From positions 608,001 to 672,000 of the forward strand of contig CAWBMP010000002.1 in the NCBI GenBank assembly GCA_963790025.1: DNA of 64,000 bases. Direction: 5' to 3'. The position numbers and the translations under genes were made by a program. Source of the DNA: Nitrospirota bacterium. Its GTDB lineage: Bacteria > Nitrospirota > Thermodesulfovibrionia > Thermodesulfovibrionales > Dissulfurispiraceae. Under the pieces are notes generated by a model, which made no database searches, was not told the DNA's origin, and was given only the letters and a program-made list of their open reading frames with translations. Position 1 is the first letter of the stretch; each line of letters starts with the position of its first letter. Below, in pieces: positions 1-9,549 of this stretch.

Positions 1-745
1 TGGAATTCACTTCATACATCGGCCGGAACCTGTACAAAAGGCCTGCCAGGGCCGGGCAAGCTGCCAGATAACCTATCCTAAGTCCTGCCAATCCGGCTGT
101 CTTTGAAAATGTGCGCGTTATGATCAGGTTCTCATAAGTCGCCAGCAGGTCCATGGCAGTATAAGGACAAAAACCGTAATATGCCTCATCTATCAGAACA
201 GGTATGGCGAAAGAAGCTGCCTTGTCCAGTACCGCTTTCATCGCGTCGTTATTTATGTACGTCCCCGTTGGACTGTCGGGATTGGCTATTATTACGAGAG
301 CAACCTCTCCGGTGATCGAATCCATCAATTTGCCCATGTCCAGATTGAGGGTGTAGTCATAGCCGATTCTTATTTTTTCCACATTATAAAGACCCGCATA
401 TACGTCCACCATGGCAAAGGTCGGTTCCGCATATATGACCTTGTCCCCGGGATTCGTAAAAAGTTCAAAGGCCATCTTTATCGCAAAATCGGAACCCGCC
501 GTAACGACCAGGCTATCCTTATCCAAACCCAGGAAAGACGCAAGCTTGAGATAGAGAGGTTCCACCTCGGGATACGCAAGCACGTGCTCCTGACTGAGCT
601 TCTTCAACGTATTATCCCAGAATGCCTCGCTGAATCCTGCCAGTCTTTCATTCTTGTCGAGCCGCACCTTGTCATGCCGGGTCTCCATTGTCCCACGCAC
701 CCTCGACACTGCGTCCACCCATTTTTTGTAGTCGATTGCGTTCAC
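1..745 (-). CDS. PLP-dependent class I/II aminotransferase (histidinol-phosphate aminotransferase-like), truncated by window edge
   Basis: Not in ORF track; manual translation from GTG at 745 (GTGA overlap with upstream stop): MNAIDYKKW...RLDKNE...TAGSD...IANPDSPTG...LIDEAY...TRTFSKTAGLAGLRIGY (PLP lysine motif). Confidence 0.85.
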   Translation of the reverse strand, partial: MNAIDYKKWVDAVSRVRGTMETRHDKVRLDKNERLAGFSEAFWDNTLKKLSQEHVLAYPEVEPLYLKLASFLGLDKDSLVVTAGSDFAIKMAFELFTNPGDKVIYAEPTFAMVDVYAGLYNVEKIRIGYDYTLNLDMGKLMDSITGEVALVIIANPDSPTGTYINNDAMKAVLDKAASFAIPVLIDEAYYGFCPYTAMDLLATYENLIITRTFSKTAGLAGLRIGYLAACPALAGLLYRFRPMYEVNS

Positions 746-1752
746 TCCCCGGCACCGCCGGACAGTTTCTCCACTTCCATTTCCCTGTATGAGCATTGCC
801 TGCATGCCTGTATCTCATGAGACTTCCCGCCCTCGTGCAGCTTCCTCCGAAAATTCGCCTCAGCGCCCTTCCAGATGTCCTTTATCGAGCATTCCCCCGC
901 ATTACCAATTATCATGGATGCGAAGTCATCGATGCCGTGCATAAGGCACGGCAATATGGTGCCATCCCGGAGGATTGTCATCCGCTGCCAGAGGAAGGGG
1001 CATGCCCAGGCCGCTTCCTTGCCCGCAAAGCCGCAGCCCGCGCCCTCCTGCCTTGCGTCGAGGTACGACACCTCATCGGCATATTTTTTCCAGAAATTCA
1101 CATATTCCTTAAAACAGCCTTTCAGCTCTTCGAGCAAAACTGTTTGAATCCTGATTTGCGGAAAAGCGACTCCCCGGCTCTCCCTCATATGCCTGAGCCT
1201 GCCGACATTCTCGATGAGCCGCTCAAATTTCGCTCCCACCCTGAATTTCTCATAGACCTCTTTCCGGAACCCTTCTATGGAAATCGAGATCCTGTCCAGT
1301 CCGGCATCGATCAGCTTACCGAAAAGCTCCTCATTCAGAAGCACCGCATTAGTGTTGAAATAAACATCTATGATTCCTTTTCTCTTGGCGTAAGCGACCA
1401 TCCTGACCAGGTCGGGATGAAGGAGCGGTTCACCTCTCAAGCTGAGCTTGATCGCGTATAAATCATTGTCGGCGCCCTCGTCTATTATCTTCCTGAATAG
1501 ATCAAAGTCCATGAAGCCTCTCTTGTCCCTGCCCCACCTGTTATGCGTGGTAGCGCAGAAAGGACACCTGAGATTGCAGACCGAGGAGCTTTCTATATCG
1601 AGATGCAATGGGAATTCGCCGGCAATAAAACGCTCGGGGTTTTCGTTCCAGAGCGCCCTGTATTTCAGGAACCGCGTATCCGTCTTCTTGTCGAACACGG
1701 TCTCTTTCGTCGCAGTGTGAAAATTATTGTTCGCTTTGATAGTGACAGTCAT
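742..1752 (-). CDS. Radical SAM protein with C-terminal SPASM/twitch domain
   Basis: CNLRCPFC (CxxxCxxC), LSLRGEP, C-terminal CPFLW...LPC...IGNA...IW...CRQC; start moved to ATG 1752 (MTVTIK) to avoid overlap. Confidence 0.9.
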   Translation of the reverse strand: MTVTIKANNNFHTATKETVFDKKTDTRFLKYRALWNENPERFIAGEFPLHLDIESSSVCNLRCPFCATTHNRWGRDKRGFMDFDLFRKIIDEGADNDLYAIKLSLRGEPLLHPDLVRMVAYAKRKGIIDVYFNTNAVLLNEELFGKLIDAGLDRISISIEGFRKEVYEKFRVGAKFERLIENVGRLRHMRESRGVAFPQIRIQTVLLEELKGCFKEYVNFWKKYADEVSYLDARQEGAGCGFAGKEAAWACPFLWQRMTILRDGTILPCLMHGIDDFASMIIGNAGECSIKDIWKGAEANFRRKLHEGGKSHEIQACRQCSYREMEVEKLSGGAGE

Positions 1753-1774
1753 CGGGCAATTTCCTGTAACGCAA

Positions 1775-2515
1775 TTACAATTCCAGATTCTTTCTGAGCC
1801 AGAATTCGACACCCGGAATCTGCCATTCATAATCCACGTCGCATCCCCCCCACTGCTTCAAAGGATAGATGTTTCTGCCCATCCATTTCTGGGGAAGAAG
1901 CCCCTCTTCGAGGTGCGTGAGGCAGCGGGGCCGCACAATGGAGACCCCCATATCGGCAAACCAGACGTCGCCCTGAGAATCGCGGTCGCAATTCATCTTT
2001 CCGGGATCACCGAACGTCTCAAAGGGCACAAACGGATGAAGGAGTCCGTCCTCCCCGATCTTTCGGGCCCTGAGAGGGCTCCACATATTGTATCTGGAGA
2101 CCGTAACGGCGGAATCATAAACCGGATGTTTCCGTAGGACTCTTATGCCTTCGGAAATGGTTTCGGATGTTACAGTGGGAGCATTGCACATCAAAAGCAC
2201 GATAAGCTCGATTTCCTCTCCCTTTTCAGAAGAAAGCCTGTTCCTCGCCGTATCGTAAGCGTGGACATAAACGTGTTCGCCGAGCGCCCCGTCAGTGCAC
2301 AGTTCCGGGGGCCGCACAATGACCTCTACCTTGTGCCGCTGCGCGAGTTCCATAAGTCTCTCGTCATCGGTCGATATGTAGGTCCTGTCTATCTCAGGAC
2401 AATCGATGGCCGCCTTCATAGGATAATACGCAAGCGGCTGTCCTGCTACAAGATGCAGGTTTTTTCCGGGAAAACCTTTACTCCCCTTCCTGCCCATCAG
2501 GATCGCAACTATCAC
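1775..2515 (-). CDS. Cytidylyltransferase, NeuA/KdsB family (CMP-ulosonate synthetase-like)
   Basis: N-terminal GRKGSKGFPGKN, ISTDD, C-terminal DVDYEWQ. Confidence 0.8.
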   Translation of the reverse strand: MIVAILMGRKGSKGFPGKNLHLVAGQPLAYYPMKAAIDCPEIDRTYISTDDERLMELAQRHKVEVIVRPPELCTDGALGEHVYVHAYDTARNRLSSEKGEEIELIVLLMCNAPTVTSETISEGIRVLRKHPVYDSAVTVSRYNMWSPLRARKIGEDGLLHPFVPFETFGDPGKMNCDRDSQGDVWFADMGVSIVRPRCLTHLEEGLLPQKWMGRNIYPLKQWGGCDVDYEWQIPGVEFWLRKNLEL

Positions 2516-2554
2516 ATGACCTCCAGTATAGAAAAACGTACGCTCATTATTGCC

Positions 2555-3187
2555 TTACAATCCGCTGACCTTAAATCTCCACAGCGATAATTGCCTCATG
2601 GCATCCCTGAAGATACATTCCATGCCGAAATCGATCAGCACGTTCCTTTTAATGTCATAAGCGTCCGCGACAATACAATTTCGCTTTATAACATCCAAAT
2701 TATTTTTAAGAAACAGTTCCAGTACGACTGAGTCGAATGGATTAAACATGAATACGAATGTTTTAACATCGGCCAGCTTATAGTCCGCAGCATCATGGAG
2801 CAAAAATTTAATTCGCCCTTTCCCTCTGCCCCTGTAAGATTTCAGATTCTCCCTCGCAGAATCTATTAAATGCTCATCAAAGTCAAACCCTACGACTTCA
2901 TTGAAATATAAGGTATTGGCTGCATAAAAGCAGGCCTTCCCCTTTCCGCAGCCGATGTCGAGGAACATGCAGTTTTCAAAGCCTGATCTTCTGCCCGCAT
3001 TTATTATGGTCATTAAACTGCTTGACCACACCCTCTGATAAGCGCTGGCATTGTCCCGATATGAAGAAGTCGTTCTCAGGAACTCCTTGCTGATGAAGCC
3101 CTGCGTATTGATTCCGTACCGATAGTCAGACAGCCTGTCTTCGACCCCTGCCGCGAGCTGCCTGATCTTCTTGGCTATATTATTCAT
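2555..3187 (-). CDS. Class I SAM-dependent methyltransferase
   Basis: FLDIGCGKG motif I, GFDFD, FMFNPF. Confidence 0.8.
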   Translation of the reverse strand: MNNIAKKIRQLAAGVEDRLSDYRYGINTQGFISKEFLRTTSSYRDNASAYQRVWSSSLMTIINAGRRSGFENCMFLDIGCGKGKACFYAANTLYFNEVVGFDFDEHLIDSARENLKSYRGRGKGRIKFLLHDAADYKLADVKTFVFMFNPFDSVVLELFLKNNLDVIKRNCIVADAYDIKRNVLIDFGMECIFRDAMRQLSLWRFKVSGL

Positions 3188-3202
3188 CGTATATCTCTGC
3201 GC

Positions 3203-4366
3203 TTACAGGAAGAGTTCTTTGTTTTGTTTGAGGAATTCTTTTCCAATCCTGGCCGGAGAATGGTAGGGGGCATGATACACCTTGAAGATACTTCTGAACT
3301 TCTGCTGCAGGTAATTATCTTCTTCGGTATATCGATATCTGCCGTCAAGGACATCATCCATTTCTTTAACCAATTCGCTAATCTCTTCCGGTGTGTTTTT
3401 TATACACTCGAGTCCTTCCTTATCGAGTCTCTCCTGCGGCCAGCAGTCGACCCCGATATCGTTGTCAGCTATTTCTCTGAATGTCAGAATCCTTTTTCTT
3501 GCCTTGTCCCATAAATTATGCGGCAAATAAATATCATTGGCTCCGAAAGGCACGTTCAACAGGAAGAGAGAATGATTGACAGTGGCGGATGGTTTGTTGA
3601 ACAGATAGGATGTGAGGAAAAACCCGGAATCGGTGCCAATGAAAAATTTGCAATTCGCCATAAGCCAGATATCCATAAAATCCGTTCTGTGTTCGCCCGC
3701 ATAATCGACAATATGCCCGCCGCAAATCTCTTTGCTCACCGCATTCTGCCTTGATCCCATCCTCAAAGAGAAGACATCGGACTTTCCCAGATAACCGCAT
3801 GCCGACAAAAAACTTTCGAAAGGCACATTTCTCAGGGAGTCGTTCAACCCGGGATAAAACGCACTATCCCTGGCATGTAGGCAAACGAAATCGCCCGAGA
3901 CCCTCATTTTTTGCAGTTGGTCCATTCCCAACTTATGCTCATCTGCTGAGAAGTTGAGGAGAGTGTCAGTTCCATTCATTTCTTCAAAATCGAAATAATT
4001 TCCGGGCGCTTCTGCATATTCGTAATTCCTGTTTATCACGTAATCCAGATATCTCCTGCTGCCGCATATTTGTCTGTCAGTCGTCATATTATAGGGATTG
4101 ACCCTCAGCCGGTTTCGCATTTTTATTCTGTTGTAATATACGGAAACGAGTTTATTATGAAAGACCTCTGTCCATTCTATTTTCATCTCGTCAAATTTCC
4201 GCTTAATCAATTTACCTAAAGTCTCATTCGACCATTTGAACGAAATAACTGCAACAGGTTCGACGCCATTGGACCTCAAATATGGAACATAAAACAAAAG
4301 AACTTTTACACAATACGATTCAAGGCCTATTGCCCCTGTCTCCAATTTAAAATATACTTTCCGCAC
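3203..4366 (-). CDS. Putative glycosyltransferase, TIGR04372-like family
   Basis: VCLHARD, RMGS, DYA, DFMDIWLMANCKFFIGTDSG, NTPEEI pattern as recalled for this family. Confidence 0.65.
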   Translation of the reverse strand: MRKVYFKLETGAIGLESYCVKVLLFYVPYLRSNGVEPVAVISFKWSNETLGKLIKRKFDEMKIEWTEVFHNKLVSVYYNRIKMRNRLRVNPYNMTTDRQICGSRRYLDYVINRNYEYAEAPGNYFDFEEMNGTDTLLNFSADEHKLGMDQLQKMRVSGDFVCLHARDSAFYPGLNDSLRNVPFESFLSACGYLGKSDVFSLRMGSRQNAVSKEICGGHIVDYAGEHRTDFMDIWLMANCKFFIGTDSGFFLTSYLFNKPSATVNHSLFLLNVPFGANDIYLPHNLWDKARKRILTFREIADNDIGVDCWPQERLDKEGLECIKNTPEEISELVKEMDDVLDGRYRYTEEDNYLQQKFRSIFKVYHAPYHSPARIGKEFLKQNKELFL

Positions 4367-4387
4367 CCTGATCCTTATCGCGCAACT

Positions 4388-5365
4388 TTAACATGTGGCG
4401 GCATCCGGGAGAATCTCATATTCTCCTGACAACGTATATTCCGATCCTCCAACCCCTCTTTTGAAATGCGTTATCGTAGGATATTTGTCCTGATCTATTC
4501 CGCCCAAATCCAGGCACCTGAATCCACACGATTTAAAATGCAGGATTCCATGCCAGATCAGGAAATTGTGCGCATACAACTTCATACCGCTTATGCTGTT
4601 CCAGCCTATAAGATAATGGCACTTATCGAAAAAGCCGACGATAAGCACCGCCGCAATCCTCACGCCATCCTTGACCGCAAACAGGACCTTCATATGTGAA
4701 GGGTCCGTACAGGCCCCCTTAATTTGACGGATAAACGATTCGGAAAGCCCGGAGAACTGCTTTCTTTCTTGCATCAGCTCATACTGGTCGATGAAAAAAG
4801 ACAACCCATCTTCATCGCCTGAGATTTCAAGTGTCAGTCCCATACGTTCGGACCTGTTTAACTGATTGCGCCACTTCTGTAATAAATTTTTCCTCAACGT
4901 TTCCTTGTCCAGAATAAGATGGACGTTTATCGAGGTCCGCGGGGCCATGCCGGACGGTCTTAAACCAATTGCCGCCATTTTATTTGTCACGCTGTCATGT
5001 GCAAAAATATTCGGCGCTATCACCAAAGACATCTTCTTTTGTCCGACCCAATAATCTTTGATAATGGCTATGCTCTGGAAAGCGATTGTATCGTCCGTCT
5101 CCCAATCCTCGGATAAGACAACAGGCCCCCTGTTGATCCTTCCCACGTCACCTGATTCCAGCATCTTTTCAACAAGTATCTGAGAAACAGCGACAGGGCG
5201 TCCTCCCTGGAATATCCCTAATCTTACGATATTCAAATCTTCGGAACGTGCCTTGGCCTCGCCATATTCCCACGTCTGTGTGAGATTAACCATAATGCTT
5301 CTGGAAAGGAGCGAATCATACAACTCTTTGCTTTCTATCACTTCGATGTGAAGGTCTGTGGTCAT
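4388..5365 (-). CDS. FemAB/FemX-like GNAT-fold (aminoacyl)transferase
   Basis: QTWEYG, INRGP, KWRNQLNRSER, DLGG, HFKRGVGG. Confidence 0.75.
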   Translation of the reverse strand: MTTDLHIEVIESKELYDSLLSRSIMVNLTQTWEYGEAKARSEDLNIVRLGIFQGGRPVAVSQILVEKMLESGDVGRINRGPVVLSEDWETDDTIAFQSIAIIKDYWVGQKKMSLVIAPNIFAHDSVTNKMAAIGLRPSGMAPRTSINVHLILDKETLRKNLLQKWRNQLNRSERMGLTLEISGDEDGLSFFIDQYELMQERKQFSGLSESFIRQIKGACTDPSHMKVLFAVKDGVRIAAVLIVGFFDKCHYLIGWNSISGMKLYAHNFLIWHGILHFKSCGFRCLDLGGIDQDKYPTITHFKRGVGGSEYTLSGEYEILPDAATC

Positions 5366-6504
5366 CTTTTTGCGAAATTTCTCAGTACCTCAATCACCCT
5401 GTCGATGTTTTCCAAAGGCTGTTCGGGGCCGCAGGGCAATGTCATGCCATGCCTTTTGAATATTTCAGAGTTGGGAAAACGACCGTCACTTTCTATGTAC
5501 GGCGCGTCGTGCACATTGGGGAGAAAGGGACGTGTTTCGATGCCGTTAGACGCAAGATGCTCCATCAATCGGTCCCGCTTATCGCTCATGCCTTCCGCAT
5601 AAATAGGCAATTCGCCTTTATCGATTCTTACGGGGAGCATCCTGAAAAACGGCAGATCTTTGACCGCCTCCTCATATTTTTTGTAAATGACACGGAGATG
5701 AGCAGTTCTGGCTGGGACTCTCCTGAGCTGCTCCAGACCTATGGCAGCCATCATGTCAGTGCTCCTGAAATTGCATCCCAACCTGAAAAAGGTGGGCTTA
5801 AAATTGTTAACAAGACCATGGTTGCGAATAAGGACCAGACTGTCGTATATTTTTTTATCTCTGGTAACCAGGAATCCGCCTTGCCCTACAGTGATCAGCT
5901 TCGCAACACCCAGCGAGAAGCATCCAATGTCGGATTGAGTACCCAGAAATCCCGATGAGTTCGCTGAAAACATAGCCTGGGCAGCGTCTTCGATCACTTT
6001 CAAGCCATATTCTCCGGCTATCTTATTTATTTCATCCATATTGCAGCAGTGCCCATTCAGATGGACCGGCATAATGGCCCTGGTCCGCGAAGTTATCTTC
6101 TTTCGTATTTTCTCGACATTCATGACAGGAACATCCGCGTCGACATCGACAAGCACAACTTTTGCTCCAACCATAAGCGGCGCATGAGCAGTTGCAATCC
6201 ATGTCCTGTCAGGCACCAGCACTTCGTCGTCCCTTCCTATGTCAAGGGCCATGACAGCCAGAAGCAAAGCAATACTGCCGCTCGTAGTCATCACGGCGAA
6301 GGAGACGCCCAGTGCCTCTGCCAATTTTTTCTCGAATGACTCAACAACTGGTCCCTGGCTCAAATGCTCGTGAGCAATGGTATCGAGCAAGCTGTCGGTT
6401 TCCTCTTTGCCGACCGAGGTTCTCCACCACAACACCTTTTGCATATCGGACATCCTCTGTTTTTTCGGAGGATTGAGGGGTTTCCCGTCTTTAAGATCTT
6501 CCAT
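5362..6504 (-). CDS. DegT/DnrJ/EryC1/StrS family sugar aminotransferase
   Basis: TSGSIAL, PVHLNG, IEDAAQA, FSLGVAKLITVGQGG, RNHG. Confidence 0.9.
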   Translation of the reverse strand: MEDLKDGKPLNPPKKQRMSDMQKVLWWRTSVGKEETDSLLDTIAHEHLSQGPVVESFEKKLAEALGVSFAVMTTSGSIALLLAVMALDIGRDDEVLVPDRTWIATAHAPLMVGAKVVLVDVDADVPVMNVEKIRKKITSRTRAIMPVHLNGHCCNMDEINKIAGEYGLKVIEDAAQAMFSANSSGFLGTQSDIGCFSLGVAKLITVGQGGFLVTRDKKIYDSLVLIRNHGLVNNFKPTFFRLGCNFRSTDMMAAIGLEQLRRVPARTAHLRVIYKKYEEAVKDLPFFRMLPVRIDKGELPIYAEGMSDKRDRLMEHLASNGIETRPFLPNVHDAPYIESDGRFPNSEIFKRHGMTLPCGPEQPLENIDRVIEVLRNFAKR

Positions 6505-7754
6505 TATTTTCTGATAATTTCGAATTTAGGCCAGAATTTGATAAAGGCGCCGCCCTGTTCGAGGTACTGCTGATTTTTTTTCATTATGTTTTCAGCATAA
6601 AGCGGCGCAAGCACAACAACGTATTCAGGTTTACGCTCATAAATAGTGCGGGTAGGCAGTACCGGTATATGATAGCCAGGGCTGACCAGGTTATGACGAT
6701 AAGGGTCATCGTCGACAAAGAAGCTGATTAATTCACCAAGACCATAGTTATAAAGAAAAGTCGTGGCCCCGATGGAAGTGCCGAAACCGGCAACTGCCTT
6801 GCCTTTTTGGATCTCCGGGCCCAAGAGTTTCAGAAGGTTTCGTTTTGTCTGTTTGATAAATTCAGCAACACTGTCATGGCGACCAGGCCGGCCCATCTCC
6901 TTTTCTTCCTCAAGTGCAATTAACTGATTTACCGATTTTTCCATACGTCGAGGGCCACCGCGCTTCTGAACAAAACAGCGAATGGAACCGCCTTTGGCAG
7001 GGATACGTTTAACGTCGAATAGTTCCATGCCATAATTTTCACAGAATTTACTGAAGGTTTTGATATAGAAATAAGACAAATGCTCGTGGTTAAAGTTCTC
7101 TATAAGGTTATTCTCTATCACATCCAGATGGTAAAAAGTCTGCATAGAAAATACGCCTTTATCCTTTAATAAATGATGCACTCCCTTCAGAAAGTCTGCG
7201 GAATCATTGACATTCGCAAATATATGGTTGGCAATAAAATAATCGGCTTGTCCTTTCTCAGCGCGAATCTTCCTTGCCAATTCAAAATTAAAATAATCCT
7301 GGAGCGTCGGGATACCGCGTTCGTTCGCCTGCCTGACCAGATTCAGCGCCGGTTCTATGCAGAGGATTTCGGCGCCTTTATCTTTCATATATTTTGAAAA
7401 CAAGCCGTCATTGCTGCCAGCCTCGATCGAAAATACCGGACCGTCACTCTTAAATTCCCCCAGCAGATATTCGGCATATTCTTTATAAGCGTCGGACAGG
7501 ACCGGATTGGTTGCAGCGGGTCTCGATAAATAATTCTGATAAATAAGCCCCGGCTTGATATAACCGCTGTTCTGATAATGACCGCATTGCCTGCAGAGCA
7601 TTACATCCAAGGGATAGGTCCTGTTTGTCAAATCCTTCTGGTCCTCCGGCAAATAACGGTCACCAATCGGCAGCGAAGCCAGACTCAAGTCAAGCTCCAT
7701 GTCCTTGGAACCACACATGCGGCAATCCGTCCAGACAAAATAATCATCACTCAT
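6504..7754 (-). CDS. NDP-hexose C-methyltransferase family
   Basis: Zn-binding CRMC...CRQC, EAGSNDG, HEHLSYF, GGSIR, FVDDD...PG..IPV C-terminal domain. Confidence 0.85.
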   Translation of the reverse strand: MSDDYFVWTDCRMCGSKDMELDLSLASLPIGDRYLPEDQKDLTNRTYPLDVMLCRQCGHYQNSGYIKPGLIYQNYLSRPAATNPVLSDAYKEYAEYLLGEFKSDGPVFSIEAGSNDGLFSKYMKDKGAEILCIEPALNLVRQANERGIPTLQDYFNFELARKIRAEKGQADYFIANHIFANVNDSADFLKGVHHLLKDKGVFSMQTFYHLDVIENNLIENFNHEHLSYFYIKTFSKFCENYGMELFDVKRIPAKGGSIRCFVQKRGGPRRMEKSVNQLIALEEEKEMGRPGRHDSVAEFIKQTKRNLLKLLGPEIQKGKAVAGFGTSIGATTFLYNYGLGELISFFVDDDPYRHNLVSPGYHIPVLPTRTIYERKPEYVVVLAPLYAENIMKKNQQYLEQGGAFIKFWPKFEIIRK

Positions 7755-7804
7755 AGATATTCTCCTAAATTAATTTACCTATAGAATCAAAAAATTTATC
7801 TTCA

Positions 7805-9010
7805 TTAAAGCGCCAATCTGCTGCAATTAAAAATTGAATAAAACCTGCCTCCATTTCGCAGGAAATCACCGTTGGATTTGATAACTTTCTTCTCAATGAG
7901 AGGGTTAACGCCAGTCAAACATATGTCAATCTTCTTTTCAATCAAAGCGCTTGATGGCAGAATTGCGAGTTTGCTTCCAGGCATCAGGCATCTTTGCTTA
8001 TCCATGTCGTCATCCACAATAAATTCAATATAATGATGCAAATCATATATATTAATGAATTTAATTGCCAGATGGCTTGCTCCCAATAACGCGACCTTTT
8101 TTTTTTGCTTTCGATATTTTTCGAAAAGCTTATGGTAATACGCCTTATTCACAGGCACCGCTTCTGACAATTGTTCAAATCTCCGCCTTTCTGCTTTTCT
8201 GTCTTCATCTGTTAAAGAGTGACTATACCCCCCCCTTTTTTTTTGCAGGATCATTATCAACGAATTCTCAAGCGGGTATTTATAAGAGAGCTGTTTTACT
8301 GTCCGGCAATTGAAATGACCCCAAAAAACTGAAAATGTTTTTGGCGTGAAATAGACAACGTGCTCCTCCCATGCGACCATCACATCCCTTAAATCAAATG
8401 CCCTCTGCTCGTCGGGGACTTCAATGACCAGATAACCGTTATCATCAACAAGCTCGATCAATGCCTGCATAAAGCGCGCAGGCTTATGCGCGTGTTCAAG
8501 AATATGCCTTGCTATCAATATATTGCATCTCCCTCTGGAGGATACAATTGATCTCGCCATGTCAGGTGTAAGGCGATGCTGTATGCTTTCAACTCCGGCC
8601 CGGTTTGTCCGTCTGACTCCCAGATCGTCTCTCAGGTGAAGACGATAACTATCCGAAAATCCGAATTTATTGAGTCGTGCCAGGGTAGAGTCGTCCTTAT
8701 AACTGAGACCCAGTACTTTTGAGTCCGAACTGATGCCCTGCAACCCCTTAATGACCTCTACCAGACTGTCAAGATGCGCTTCGGGCTCGTTATATTTAAT
8801 CCAGGAATAAGGTGGTATTACCTGTGTATAAGAAACTGGATTATTGAGCTGTATCGTTGCACAGGACTCGCAAAAACCGAGCCGTAAAGGATAAAGCTTC
8901 TCCTTAACGGTTACATGCTGCAGAAATCTATTGGAAACAGGCTGCTCTCCTAAATCCAACATAAGGCTCAATTCTGATCTGCCGCAAACCCTGCAAACAG
9001 ACTTACTCAC
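7805..9010 (-). CDS. NDP-hexose C-methyltransferase-like protein with atypical SAM motif
   Basis: CRVC...CESC, RHILEH, IEVPD, EEHVVYF, IVDDD..KQ..LMPG; motif I reads GLSYKDDS. Confidence 0.75.
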   Translation of the reverse strand: MSKSVCRVCGRSELSLMLDLGEQPVSNRFLQHVTVKEKLYPLRLGFCESCATIQLNNPVSYTQVIPPYSWIKYNEPEAHLDSLVEVIKGLQGISSDSKVLGLSYKDDSTLARLNKFGFSDSYRLHLRDDLGVRRTNRAGVESIQHRLTPDMARSIVSSRGRCNILIARHILEHAHKPARFMQALIELVDDNGYLVIEVPDEQRAFDLRDVMVAWEEHVVYFTPKTFSVFWGHFNCRTVKQLSYKYPLENSLIMILQKKRGGYSHSLTDEDRKAERRRFEQLSEAVPVNKAYYHKLFEKYRKQKKKVALLGASHLAIKFINIYDLHHYIEFIVDDDMDKQRCLMPGSKLAILPSSALIEKKIDICLTGVNPLIEKKVIKSNGDFLRNGGRFYSIFNCSRLAL

Positions 9011-9549
9011 CGATCCATCCCTTTTTCGGCCCTGGCAAGAAACATCAAGATCGAATCCATATATTTCTCTTTCGCACCTTCATCGTTTTCCTCGGGTGCC
9101 CACGATGCATAAACAGTGTCTTCACTGTTGAAAGGGCCATTTGTAGTCTCATGAAAGATGACAAATCCCGACAAGACAACAACAGAATGGAAATAATCTT
9201 TTACAAGCCTGTAGTAAAATTGCCGACCGCTGGAATACTCACCCATGAACACCGTATCTACAATACTGCCGTAATCGTCAAACAGCGTTACTGCGAGATT
9301 CCCTTCTATGATATGGAAAGATTCGCTTTTATTTGTATGCTTGTGCGGCCGGATATAACTACCCTTGCCGAGGTATATCAACATCTCATGCAACCTGTCG
9401 CCGCTGTCCGGGTGTGTGCATAGTCGCGCCCTTTTTCTGGTAGTCTCCGATCCCTTTGCCTTCAAAAATTCAATGTCATGAATATCGACCGTTGTAAGCC
9501 TGTCCGTTGTATAAAAGACCTCGTCGTTAAACTTTCTGATGTTCAGCAT
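9007..9549 (-). CDS. WbuC-family cupin metalloprotein
   Basis: RKRARLCTH, LHEM, YIRPHKH..KSESFHIIEG, FHETTNGPF; start set at MLNIRK. Confidence 0.8.
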   Translation of the reverse strand: MLNIRKFNDEVFYTTDRLTTVDIHDIEFLKAKGSETTRKRARLCTHPDSGDRLHEMLIYLGKGSYIRPHKHTNKSESFHIIEGNLAVTLFDDYGSIVDTVFMGEYSSGRQFYYRLVKDYFHSVVVLSGFVIFHETTNGPFNSEDTVYASWAPEENDEGAKEKYMDSILMFLARAEKGMDR

